IMG/VR virus record: IMGVR_UViG_3300042154_004306
DNA length: 64,000 nucleotides
DNA from: a virus
Taxonomy: Duplodnaviria; Heunggongvirae; Uroviricota; Caudoviricetes
Direction: 5' to 3' (one strand)
The position numbers and the translations under genes are program-made. Under the pieces are notes generated by a model. The model was not told the DNA's origin, did not search any database, and saw only the letters and a list, made by a program, of their open reading frames with translations. Positions 1 to 8,660 of this stretch are shown here, piece by piece. The number at the start of each line of letters is the position of its first letter. Within the stretch, counting starts at the first letter, position 1.

Positions 1-1
1 T

Positions 2-184
2 GATCTAAAAGAAGATTTTTGGGATGATGACCATCCTAGAACGCCAGAAGAGCTTTTCTCAGGCGGAACCCATTCTGAGCAGGAATTTGGTGCAGTGCTA
101 TATAAGCTTTGGGAAGATCGATACTTGTTAACTAACGAGCAAAAGGCAAGAATTGGGGCCATAACAAAAGAATCATTTGTATGA
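2..184 (+). CDS. 3' end of a hypothetical protein (truncated by window start)
   Basis: Open frame from position 2 (DLKEDFW...KESFV) ending at TGA 182-184, with an ATGA overlap into the next gene. Confidence 0.65.
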   Translation, partial: DLKEDFWDDDHPRTPEELFSGGTHSEQEFGAVLYKLWEDRYLLTNEQKARIGAITKESFV

Positions 185-429
185 GAAAATACACCCTATT
201 AACACTGGCCTTTGGTATGCTTGCAAGTTGTGCTGGCCAGTCTTCAGTACAGGTCGAAAAACATGCGATCGTGAGAGTCTTTAAAAAGAGGCCAGTCAGT
301 ATTCATGATGAAATTTCACCAAGATACTATGCTGTGCTAGATAATGGCGATACCGTACCAGTTCACGAACGTGCTAGATCATGTGACACCGTAACCTATA
401 AATACTATCAATATGTGGAAAAGCGATAA
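181..429 (+). CDS. Small lipoprotein
   Basis: MRK + hydrophobic stretch + lipobox LASC; coupled to neighbours. Confidence 0.7.
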   Translation: MRKYTLLTLAFGMLASCAGQSSVQVEKHAIVRVFKKRPVSIHDEISPRYYAVLDNGDTVPVHERARSCDTVTYKYYQYVEKR

Positions 430-601
430 AGAACTATACAACGAATGCATCGAGGCTAGGGCACTAGACTACATTGCGAATCATTCCAGTAAATCAGTAA
501 TTGAGTATCTTGAGTTCAATGCAGGTCCTGTGTTGCAGACTTGGATGTTCAAGTGTGGCATACGGAAAGTAACTGAAGATCTTGAACTTAAAATAATTTA
601 A
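413..601 (+). CDS. Hypothetical protein
   Basis: ORF in a tightly packed + strand run. Confidence 0.55.
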   Translation: MWKSDKELYNECIEARALDYIANHSSKSVIEYLEFNAGPVLQTWMFKCGIRKVTEDLELKII

Positions 602-609
602 GAAAAATC

Positions 610-764
610 ATGAAAAATTTAATATTAATAATTGCGTGTTTGATTGCTCTTACCTCGCAAGCACAGACAAGATAGCTGAGATCAGCCTACCTGGAAGATG
701 GTTGGTTTATGAAACTGGTCAAGTATTTCAAATTGACTCACTAGATAACCGCAAAAAAAACTAA
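610..764 (+). pseudogene. Frameshifted small secreted protein (or single-base sequence error)
   Basis: MKNLILIIACLIALTSQAQT signal peptide hits TAG at 673-675; the shifted frame from 672 continues IAEISLPGRWLVYETGQVFQIDSLDNRKKN to TAA 762-764. Confidence 0.4.
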
Positions 765-769
765 ACTAT

Positions 770-1009
770 ATGGCAGCAGCAAGTAATCACAACGGGGACA
801 TTGGGATCTGGATAGAAAAGGTAATCAATTCTTGCGAGACTCGACAACAGGAGACTACTGCTCGAAAATTAGTAAGCCTCTTTGAAACACGCTTGCTAAG
901 AGAAGATAAAGGATTCCATAGCGAGTATACTAGATCGTTAAGAGGTTTATTGGATCAAAAGTTTTACACAAGACTTCAAAAAATACAAGAAGATGGCAAC
1001 TCTAATTAA
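770..1009 (+). CDS. Hypothetical protein
   Basis: ORF with A-rich upstream region, in operon-like run. Confidence 0.7.
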   Translation: MAAASNHNGDIGIWIEKVINSCETRQQETTARKLVSLFETRLLREDKGFHSEYTRSLRGLLDQKFYTRLQKIQEDGNSN

Positions 1010-1289
1010 AATACACGAAGATGGCCGCGAAGAGTTCAAGGAACAGGGCCAGCGGATCGAAGCGATCGCATGGAACGAAGATCGTACATTCAAAGAGATC
1101 GTTGATTCCAAGCCAGTCGTGGGCTGTTCATTACTAGTAGGGTCAGTCACCGCCAGAAGTTACTCAAGTCAAGACTATTGGCTAACGACTAAAGTAACTG
1201 AAATAGTTGAAGAGAAGAAGGATGCCGACGGCTATTACGAGCTAATTAGATTTAAAACAGAAAATTCAGTATATGAGCTCAGAAGATAA
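993..1289 (+). CDS. Hypothetical protein
   Basis: ORF overlapping neighbours at both ends. Confidence 0.7.
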   Translation: MATLIKIHEDGREEFKEQGQRIEAIAWNEDRTFKEIVDSKPVVGCSLLVGSVTARSYSSQDYWLTTKVTEIVEEKKDADGYYELIRFKTENSVYELRR

Positions 1290-1539
1290 AAGCATAATGG
1301 AAATCACTCACGGAATCGCGGCAGTAAAGCGAATCGGAGATTCGCAAGGAATTGATGTGCTACACTTTTGCGGGTATTTCGAAAAACCTAGCGCATCAGA
1401 TTACGATTCCCTATTAAAGGAATTGACCGAGGATCCTGAGTTTGGACTCATTGATCAAAAATTCGAATTGATTGAGGCTTCTCAGGACCTAATAGATCAA
1501 ATCAAGAAAGACTATGAAAGTAATATTCCTAGACCATGA
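1273..1539 (+). CDS. Hypothetical protein
   Basis: ORF overlapping neighbours. Confidence 0.65.
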   Translation: MSSEDKSIMEITHGIAAVKRIGDSQGIDVLHFCGYFEKPSASDYDSLLKELTEDPEFGLIDQKFELIEASQDLIDQIKKDYESNIPRP

Positions 1540-2110
1540 TGGTGTAATCTGCCTAGCAACCGAATGGGGCAGTCGATATAAAAAGCAGCGCTCGCACTTT
1601 ACTGAAGCCAATCCTAGACAGGGGCTTGCTCAGAACGGGCCAGTTGAGGTTAGATTCGATAATTTTAATCAAAAGGCAGTTGACGTTCTTAACTCAATCA
1701 TTGAAGAGACTGGTGCCGAAATCGTTGTAAGTTCGGATTGGACGAGATGGGCAACAGTTGAGGAGATGGGAGACTATTACGAGATGAAGGGCATTGTAAA
1801 GCGACCGATAGCATTCACACCTGACCTTAACGAGTGTACATGGTACAGCGAGAAAGTATTTGTATGGTCACCGAAATGGGATCTAGAACAAACTCGAGCT
1901 ATTGAGATTAGGCAATACCTAATCGATCATCCTGAAGTTACACATTGGGTAGCAATAGATGACCTTAATATGGGAGCACCTTACACTGATGAAACTTGGG
2001 GTGAAACTGATCGAGAATGGGGACTCACGAATTTGGTCTTGACGCCAAGATCTCGAGAAGGAATTAAACAAAGTGGAGTCAAGGATAAAATTTTGAAATT
2101 TTTACAATAA
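1514..2110 (+). CDS. HAD-superfamily phosphatase (Swiss-army-knife RNA-repair-like HAD)
   Basis: Motif I VIFLDHDGV, motif II IVVSSDW, motif IV WVAIDD. Confidence 0.8.
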   Translation: MKVIFLDHDGVICLATEWGSRYKKQRSHFTEANPRQGLAQNGPVEVRFDNFNQKAVDVLNSIIEETGAEIVVSSDWTRWATVEEMGDYYEMKGIVKRPIAFTPDLNECTWYSEKVFVWSPKWDLEQTRAIEIRQYLIDHPEVTHWVAIDDLNMGAPYTDETWGETDREWGLTNLVLTPRSREGIKQSGVKDKILKFLQ

Positions 2111-2135
2111 ACATAGTATAATAACTAAAAGAAAC

Positions 2136-2369
2136 ATGGAAACTCAAGGAATAATTGAAAAAATCGCGAGGGAAGCCGCTGAAGAAACGGTTCAGGCTCT
2201 GGCTTTAGCCCAACAAATGGGAATGGTCTCTTCTCAGGAAGAGCTAACTGTATTAATAGCTTCTGGAATAGAAACTGCTCTAGAAGAATACGTGATTCAA
2301 ATCGAAAACCAATCAAAGATAATTATAAATGAAACTGGAAGTATTCGAAAAGATAATAACTCTAATTAA
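2136..2369 (+). CDS. Hypothetical protein
   Basis: ORF preceded by TAGTATAAT (-10-like). Confidence 0.65.
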   Translation: METQGIIEKIAREAAEETVQALALAQQMGMVSSQEELTVLIASGIETALEEYVIQIENQSKIIINETGSIRKDNNSN

Positions 2370-2727
2370 GCAACATAGTGAACGCAGCTTTAAACTTGCG
2401 GAAATGGGAGTTGACCTAATCAACTACGAAGATGCATACTCTGGCGCAATAACTCTGTTGTTCAATGCATATTATGGAAGTGATGGAGAGGATTGGATAA
2501 GCTGGTACCTTTACGAAAGAGAAAGTTTTAGTGGTGAAATTTTGCAAGCTCGGGACAAGGACGGTAACGAGATTTGCTATGATATTCCAAGCCTATGGAA
2601 ATATGTTGAAGAGCTTAGATGCGCGGATGATTTCGTTGAGTACGAATTACCTGAGAAAAAACAGATCGATGAAAACTTCATAATTAATTTAATTGGCGGG
2701 TTTTTCAACGGAGAAGGTCAAAAGTAA
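2329..2727 (+). CDS. Hypothetical protein
   Basis: ORF; its TAA stop forms the left TAAC of the cassette-like element. Confidence 0.7.
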   Translation: MKLEVFEKIITLIKQHSERSFKLAEMGVDLINYEDAYSGAITLLFNAYYGSDGEDWISWYLYERESFSGEILQARDKDGNEICYDIPSLWKYVEELRCADDFVEYELPEKKQIDENFIINLIGGFFNGEGQK

Positions 2728-3013
2728 CGGTTTGCAGATACCCGAAGGAGGGGATTACGAATCACAAAATTTAATAAAATGGAAGAATATAAAAATTTAG
2801 AACAAAACTTGGATAAGAGTAATGAAAAATTACATATATCTGATGTTAGTGATAGTATTTCTTTTAAAACGAAGGATTACGAAACAGCTAGAGTAAAAGT
2901 TGGTGAAACTAATATAAGTATAAAAACAACAAAACGTAATGGAACTTTCAATACGATATACATCGAAGAAGGACAACAACTTTTTGACTACTTAAAGAAA
3001 TATTATCACTAAC
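2725..3013 (+). mobile_element. Integron attC-like gene cassette flanked by TAAC direct repeats
   Basis: TAAC 2725-2728 ... CAGATA 2735-2740 / TATCTG 2837-2842 ... GTTA 2845-2848 imperfect palindrome; GTTAGTGATAGTA (2845-2857) is the 12/13 reverse complement of TATTATCACTAAC (3001-3013). Confidence 0.6.
2779..3012 (+). CDS. Cassette-borne hypothetical protein
   Basis: 77-aa ORF starting inside the palindromic element and ending at the TAAC repeat. Confidence 0.65.
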   Translation: MEEYKNLEQNLDKSNEKLHISDVSDSISFKTKDYETARVKVGETNISIKTTKRNGTFNTIYIEEGQQLFDYLKKYYH

Positions 3014-3027
3014 TTATTAATATAAAC

Positions 3028-3477
3028 ATGAAATTTAAAAAACAATTTTCAGATAGTATTAAGAAATCTATCCATAGATTCAAAAGACTTTCTCAACAAA
3101 CTAGCATCAAGGCGTATAGGCTGTTAAATCCAACTAGTCCAGTTGAGACTATTTCAGGAGAAGCTGAAAGAGACGCAGCGTTCATTTTCAGAAAGATGAT
3201 TAAGCGCCAGGAAAGCGATCTATTAATAAGCCCAATCTCTCAGAACCAATACGTTAGAAACGATGAAAAGAAGATCTTACTAATTTTAGACAAGTATGAG
3301 CTGACTGTAATCAATAGCGTAGTTAGCTACAACATCCGAATCTCTCAAAGGACTAACAAAGCATTGAATGATGCATTTAATATTGAACTCGAAAAGCGTA
3401 GACTTGAAATGGAATTAAGTTTCAAAGAAAACGTTAAGCACTCTTTAAAAACGATATTAGTAAAAATAGATGAATAA
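3028..3477 (+). CDS. Hypothetical protein
   Basis: 149-aa ORF in operon-like run. Confidence 0.75.
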   Translation: MKFKKQFSDSIKKSIHRFKRLSQQTSIKAYRLLNPTSPVETISGEAERDAAFIFRKMIKRQESDLLISPISQNQYVRNDEKKILLILDKYELTVINSVVSYNIRISQRTNKALNDAFNIELEKRRLEMELSFKENVKHSLKTILVKIDE

Positions 3478-3787
3478 ATTTACACGACTCACGGCGTTCG
3501 GCTCAACAATACTAATCAGTATTGCAGTGCTGGCAATTTCAATAATATATTTTGGAATAAAGGAAGCGGTTGACAGCAAGCCGCTACTAAAAAAGGATCA
3601 ACCTACTGACGTAATCGACACGGTTAGAATTGAAAGAATTATTGAAAAACCAGTACATGATACTATCTGGATTGAGGTACCTTGTTCAAGGAGACACTGG
3701 GATAATACACAAATTATTAATAAGAGTCAATCGTTAAATCGATTAGATTCAATTCAAAAAGACACACAAATTAACAATGGATATTAA
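3470..3787 (+). CDS. Membrane-anchored hypothetical protein
   Basis: N-terminal hydrophobic helix (FGSTILISIAVLAISIIYFGI). Confidence 0.7.
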   Translation: MNKFTRLTAFGSTILISIAVLAISIIYFGIKEAVDSKPLLKKDQPTDVIDTVRIERIIEKPVHDTIWIEVPCSRRHWDNTQIINKSQSLNRLDSIQKDTQINNGY

Positions 3788-4382
3788 ATTCGAAGACTCT
3801 TTTTCAAAGAGCATAAAGACGCTAGTACGACACAATACGTGGTGGTACAAAACTTACGATATGATCAGATATGACATTCCTAGATTTGTTAGGAACGTCT
3901 GGTTATTTAGGAAAGCCCTATGGAATACTTATTGGTGGGACCATCACGGTCCGTTAATACATCTGCAAATCGCACTTGACCGAATGGCGGACCGATTTGA
4001 AACTCGAGGCCTTGAGGTTGACGAGAGTCGATTAAAAAAGGTCGCTAGCATGCGTAGAGCAGCACAACTTATCAAGAACTACAATGAGGATCTCTACATA
4101 GAAATGGCAGAGTCTGAACTTGGAGAATTAGTGTTACATGATATTGAATTTGAGCCTGCGCCTGATCATCCAAGCTGTTATCAATTGGTAGACAAGGACA
4201 CGCCCGAAGAAAAGGAACACAATCGTAAGGTTTTCGACAGAGCTCGTAAGATCGGAGAGGCGGAATGGGCTGAGCTTTGGGAAATATTAAAGGGCCAAGA
4301 CTACGAAAAATTCAAAAATAGCGAAGAAATGAGCTGGGATAGTCAGTTCGACGGTAGCGGGCTTCGCGGCTGGTGGGATTAA
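3777..4382 (+). CDS. Hypothetical phage protein
   Basis: 201-aa Trp-rich ORF. Confidence 0.75.
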   Translation: MDIKFEDSFSKSIKTLVRHNTWWYKTYDMIRYDIPRFVRNVWLFRKALWNTYWWDHHGPLIHLQIALDRMADRFETRGLEVDESRLKKVASMRRAAQLIKNYNEDLYIEMAESELGELVLHDIEFEPAPDHPSCYQLVDKDTPEEKEHNRKVFDRARKIGEAEWAELWEILKGQDYEKFKNSEEMSWDSQFDGSGLRGWWD

Positions 4383-4397
4383 AATTTAGTATAATAA

Positions 4398-6383
4398 TTG
4401 TATATGACAAAACAAGCGAATAAACCAGGAAAGACTCCAATGTTAGATTCATACGGTAAGGACTTAACTCAATTAGCAGTCGAGGACAAGTTGGATCCAG
4501 TAGTTGGTAGAGAAAAAGAAATTAAGCGATGCAGTCAAATTCTAGCTCGTAGAAAAAAGAATAATCCAATCCTGATTGGCGAACCCGGAGTCGGTAAGAC
4601 TGCTATCGTTGAAGGTTTGGCAAAGATGATAGTGGACAGAACTTGCCCACGAGTTCTTTTTGATAAAAAGATCATTTCGCTTGAACTTGCGAATCTTGTG
4701 GCAGGTACAAAGTATCGAGGTCAATTCGAAGAGCGAATGGAGCAGATAATTGATGAGGTTCAGCAGAATCCAAATATTATTCTATTCATTGATGAAATCC
4801 ATACCTTGATTGGCGCCGGTTCCGCAAGCGGTTCATTAGATGCAGCGAATATCCTAAAACCTGCACTTTCTCGAGGACAGATTCAATGTTTGGGAGCAAC
4901 GACTCTTGATGAGTTTAGAGGTTCAATTGAAAAAGATGGTGCGCTAAATCGTCGTTTTCAGCAAGTGATGGTAGAACCATCAACGCCGGAACAATCACGC
5001 CAGATCATCGAGAATATCCGATCTAAGTACGAAGATCATCACTCAGTCCAGTACACAGATGCGGCACTTGATGCATGTGTCAACTATAGTGATCGTTACC
5101 TACAGGACAGGTTCTTACCTGATAAAGCAATTGATTTGATGGATGAAGCTGGTTCAAGTGTTCACATTAACGGAGTAGTCGTACCCGATTCAATCAAAAA
5201 GCTTGAAGAAAAACTTGTTAAGGCTACTGCTCGAAAACAAAAGGCCGTCGATTCACAACAGTACGAAGAAGCTGCTAGATTAAGAGATGAGGCTCTTTCA
5301 GTACAAAAAGAAATAGATGAAGATAAGCTCAAATGGGAAGATTCGTTAAAGATTAATCGATTAACTGTTACTGAAGAAGATATCGCACAAGTGATCTCAA
5401 CTATGACAGGCATTCCAATCACTAGACTAACTGGCTCAGAATTGGAAAGACTTGCAACCATGGCAAAATGGTTAGAATCAAGAGTCATTGGCCAACCGGA
5501 AGCGGTGCTTAAATTAACTAAAGCAATTCAGCGCTCTAGAGCAGGCTTAAAATCCAAAAAGAGACCAGTTGGAACATTCATGTTCTTAGGCCCAACTGGA
5601 GTAGGTAAAACTGAATTAGCAAAGCAACTTTCCAAATTCATGTTCGGTTCAGAGGATGCAATGATTCGAATTGACATGTCAGAATACGGAGAAAAGTTCA
5701 ATGCTACTAAATTATTGGGAGCTCCTCCAGGCTACGTTGGTTACGAGGAGGGAGGTCAATTGACCGAGCGTGTAAAGCGCAAGCCTTACGCAGTTGTTTT
5801 ATTAGATGAAGTTGAAAAAGCTCATCCTGATATTTTCCACACTCTATTACAAGTATTGGACGAAGGTCACATGACTGACGGACTTGGCCGTAAGATTGAT
5901 TTTAAGAATACGGTGATCATCATGACTTCAAATCTAGGAGTTAAAGAGTTACACGAGTTTGGAAATGGAATCGGCTTCTCAACTGGCAGTAACTACGAAA
6001 AGCAAAAAGAAATTGCAGCTGGTGTTTTAAGAAAAGCGGTTAGCAAACAATTCGCGCCAGAATTCATAAATCGCTTGGACGATATTATTATATTCGAATC
6101 TCTTAAGAAGGACGATATTGCCAAAATCGTTGAGACTGAATTAGTTGATCTTTACGAAAGGGTAAAAGAAAACGGGTACTCGGTTGAATTAACGAAAACT
6201 GCAAAAGAGTTCTTGATTGAAAAAGGTTACGATGAAAAATTCGGAGCACGACCCCTAAAGAGAGCTATTCAAACCTATGTTGAGGATCTAATTGCTGAAG
6301 CCTACATTGACGGAAAAATCAAAGATGGTGATCACTTAGTGATCACATGTAAATCAAAAGAAGAAAAACTATCAATTAAGTAA
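4398..6383 (+). CDS. clpC: ClpC/ClpB-type AAA+ chaperone lacking the N-terminal Clp-repeat domain (ATG start at 4404 likely)
   Basis: Two Walker A motifs ([16 protein letters not shown]), Walker B FIDEIH and LLDEVEK, pore loops GTKYRG and GYVGY, UVR-like coiled coil, IGF loop. Confidence 0.95.
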   Translation: MYMTKQANKPGKTPMLDSYGKDLTQLAVEDKLDPVVGREKEIKRCSQILARRKKNNPILIGEPGVGKTAIVEGLAKMIVDRTCPRVLFDKKIISLELANLVAGTKYRGQFEERMEQIIDEVQQNPNIILFIDEIHTLIGAGSASGSLDAANILKPALSRGQIQCLGATTLDEFRGSIEKDGALNRRFQQVMVEPSTPEQSRQIIENIRSKYEDHHSVQYTDAALDACVNYSDRYLQDRFLPDKAIDLMDEAGSSVHINGVVVPDSIKKLEEKLVKATARKQKAVDSQQYEEAARLRDEALSVQKEIDEDKLKWEDSLKINRLTVTEEDIAQVISTMTGIPITRLTGSELERLATMAKWLESRVIGQPEAVLKLTKAIQRSRAGLKSKKRPVGTFMFLGPTGVGKTELAKQLSKFMFGSEDAMIRIDMSEYGEKFNATKLLGAPPGYVGYEEGGQLTERVKRKPYAVVLLDEVEKAHPDIFHTLLQVLDEGHMTDGLGRKIDFKNTVIIMTSNLGVKELHEFGNGIGFSTGSNYEKQKEIAAGVLRKAVSKQFAPEFINRLDDIIIFESLKKDDIAKIVETELVDLYERVKENGYSVELTKTAKEFLIEKGYDEKFGARPLKRAIQTYVEDLIAEAYIDGKIKDGDHLVITCKSKEEKLSIK

Positions 6384-7147
6384 TGAAGATATTAGTTATA
6401 GGAGAAGACTGCGCTGACGTATTTGAGTACGGTACCTGCACTCGACTTAATCCAGAAGCTCCAACTCCGATTTTCGTATCAGATAGAATGGTACAAAACC
6501 GAGGAATGGCAGGCAACGTATACACCAATCTGACCAGAATTTGCCCAATCTCTTGGAAAATCGAGTTCTGTCGTCAGCCTGCAGGCGATATAGTTAAGCA
6601 CAGGTTAGTTGACACCGCTTCCAATTATATTATATTAAGAGTCGATAAGGACGGTCCAGTTGATCCATTCAGGCTGACCCCGGATGTGATTACTCGAATA
6701 CATGAAGCGGACATTGTGGTTATCTCAGATTACAATAAGGGTTTCTTAACAGAAGAAGATCTATTGGATATTGCATGCATTGCAAAAGTAAGCTTCATTG
6801 ACACAAAGAAGCCCTTGGGCAAATGGGCAAAGGAATTTGACTACATTAAGATCAATAAAAAGGAATTTGCTAACCCAGCTCACGATAAAAAGTTCATCAA
6901 GGATAACTTGGATAAAATAATCGTTACTAAAGGAGAAGATGGCGCACAGTTAGGTAAAGTCACGGTGATGCAAACACGAAAAGTTGAAGTCAAGGACGTC
7001 TCTGGGGCAGGGGACACATTCTTAGCAGGTCTGGTTGCTAACTACGCTAAGACTTGGGACATAATTGAGGCAATTAAATTCGCAAATCAATGCGCAGGCG
7101 AAGCAGTTTCGCATAAGGGTGTCGTTTCTGTTGGCCTATCCATATAA
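6383..7147 (+). CDS. rfaE: RfaE/HldE domain I-type D-glycero-D-manno-heptose-7-phosphate kinase (PfkB family)
   Basis: RLNPEAPTPI, GMAGNV, ISDYNKG and DVSGAGDTF match the RfaE kinase signatures. Confidence 0.85.
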   Translation: MKILVIGEDCADVFEYGTCTRLNPEAPTPIFVSDRMVQNRGMAGNVYTNLTRICPISWKIEFCRQPAGDIVKHRLVDTASNYIILRVDKDGPVDPFRLTPDVITRIHEADIVVISDYNKGFLTEEDLLDIACIAKVSFIDTKKPLGKWAKEFDYIKINKKEFANPAHDKKFIKDNLDKIIVTKGEDGAQLGKVTVMQTRKVEVKDVSGAGDTFLAGLVANYAKTWDIIEAIKFANQCAGEAVSHKGVVSVGLSI

Positions 7148-7150
7148 ATA
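7143..7150 (+). promoter_or_regulatory. T4-type late promoter TATAAATA
   Basis: Exact T4 late consensus 22 nt upstream of the ATG at 7172. Confidence 0.7.
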
Positions 7151-7171
7151 ATCAAAAATATCCATAATTAA

Positions 7172-7909
7172 ATGGGAAAGTTTGGTAACAGGAGAATACC
7201 TAAATTCATGATGGGAGAGCCGATTCCAGAATCACACGAGGGAAGAGCAATTCATCCGACAATACTATCATTAAGTGGTCATGGCGATGATCATGCCATG
7301 ATCGTAATAAAAACACAGGACGGCCAAGAAGTTGAGTTAAGATTTGACTATGATGGCGATGGAATGTTAACCGCTCAACACGGAGATCACGAATACTCGA
7401 TTCCGGTTGAAGTTGAAATAGTTTCCGGCATGGACGAACTAGATGAAGCAAAGAAAGGTAAACCGGATCATCTAGATTTTGATCAAGATGGAGATGAAAA
7501 GGAATCCATGAAAAAAGCTCTTCAGGACAAGAAAAAAGGCAAGGCTGCAAAAACATTTGAAAGCTTTGTAACCGAATGCTGGAATCCAATGGAAGAAGGT
7601 TACAGTCCAGCAATGTCAGAAGAGGCAAAACAGGCCATCAAGAAAGTTTGCGAAAATATCTTGATTAAAGAGGCTCAAATGTGCGACGAAGATAAGGACA
7701 CAATGCATACGTACGAGAATTACTTAAACGAATGCGGCTCTTACATGACCGAGTGCATGATGGAATCTGCTGCAAACCTAAAGGTTAATGAATCTACTGC
7801 ATACTCTTGCGATACTTGCGGAGAACGTGCAGAACATGAAGAAATCGAAGAGAATCCTAGAATGAGATGCTCTAACTGTGGAGACAGTAACTGGAGCCCA
7901 GAATACTAA
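7172..7909 (+). CDS. Putative internal head protein with DxDxDG motif and C-terminal Zn ribbon
   Basis: KPDHLDFDQDGDEKESMKKA, internal KTFESFVTE motif, CDTC...CSNC. Confidence 0.7.
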   Translation: MGKFGNRRIPKFMMGEPIPESHEGRAIHPTILSLSGHGDDHAMIVIKTQDGQEVELRFDYDGDGMLTAQHGDHEYSIPVEVEIVSGMDELDEAKKGKPDHLDFDQDGDEKESMKKALQDKKKGKAAKTFESFVTECWNPMEEGYSPAMSEEAKQAIKKVCENILIKEAQMCDEDKDTMHTYENYLNECGSYMTECMMESAANLKVNESTAYSCDTCGERAEHEEIEENPRMRCSNCGDSNWSPEY

Positions 7910-7930
7910 CATTGACTAATTAAGTGAATG

Positions 7931-7953
7931 AGCCCGATTCGTCGGGCTTTTTT
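7931..7953 (+). terminator. Intrinsic terminator with UUCG loop
   Basis: AGCCCGA-TTCG-TCGGGCT followed by a T run. Confidence 0.85.
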
Positions 7954-7982
7954 ATTTTGGCTAGACCCGAATAAATAATCCT

Positions 7983-8258
7983 ATGAAAGAACATGCTACA
8001 AATATGGCAAGCAGCACAGGTACAGTACCGGCAGCGGCTTTCACCCAAAGTAATGATCCGAATATTCAACCGTCTCCGATTAATATTCACATGGGTGGAA
8101 TTCCGAATCACTGGTTATCGACCCAGCCAATTTCAAGAAGGGACATGAAAATGAATAATACTCCTGGGATTGGAGCGAACCCAAAGACCTCTAAAGTACT
8201 AACATTCAACGAATTCGTGGATGGAATATTTGAACCTGGTCCAAGCAATGATAAATAA
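7983..8258 (+). CDS. Hypothetical (putative head-targeted) protein
   Basis: Preceded by AATAAATA 7970-7977; C-terminal KVLTFNEFV motif. Confidence 0.65.
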   Translation: MKEHATNMASSTGTVPAAAFTQSNDPNIQPSPINIHMGGIPNHWLSTQPISRRDMKMNNTPGIGANPKTSKVLTFNEFVDGIFEPGPSNDK

Positions 8259-8264
8259 TAAAAA

Positions 8265-8645
8265 TTGACAAATACTATGAGTAATAAACTTTTAAACTTC
8301 GATTCATTCGTAAAAGGTTCTAAATTAGGTGAACCTAAAACTGCACTTGATGTTAAAGCGGCAGCTCCAGTAAAAAAGGAGAAATCAATTGACCAGGTTA
8401 AGCGCGCGAGCCTATCTACTGGAATAAAGTCAACTGAGCCAGATTACACCAAGACTAAGAGCGCTCCAATACAGGAAGCGGCAACTGACACCCAAGCTGA
8501 GATTGATGCAATCAATGCAACTCGTGAACTTAGAAAGGAGCTAGCGACTGCTGATACTGACGACAAACGCCTTTCGATCTTGAATAGAATTAAACAGGTG
8601 CAAACTCAAATAGAGCAAAAGAATAAGGCTAGTAAACCTATCTAA
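8265..8645 (+). CDS. Hypothetical (putative head-targeted) basic protein; ATG at 8277 likely
   Basis: Preceded by GATAAATA 8250-8257; N-terminal KLLNFDSFV motif. Confidence 0.7.
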   Translation: MTNTMSNKLLNFDSFVKGSKLGEPKTALDVKAAAPVKKEKSIDQVKRASLSTGIKSTEPDYTKTKSAPIQEAATDTQAEIDAINATRELRKELATADTDDKRLSILNRIKQVQTQIEQKNKASKPI

Positions 8646-8660
8646 AAATACACAGGTCAA

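Noticed and set aside
610-764. Possible TAG-to-Gln recoding suggested by in-frame TAGs
   Set aside because: All long genes are intact under code 11 and 16215..16610 appears to use TAG as a stop. A one-base frameshift explains this ORF better.
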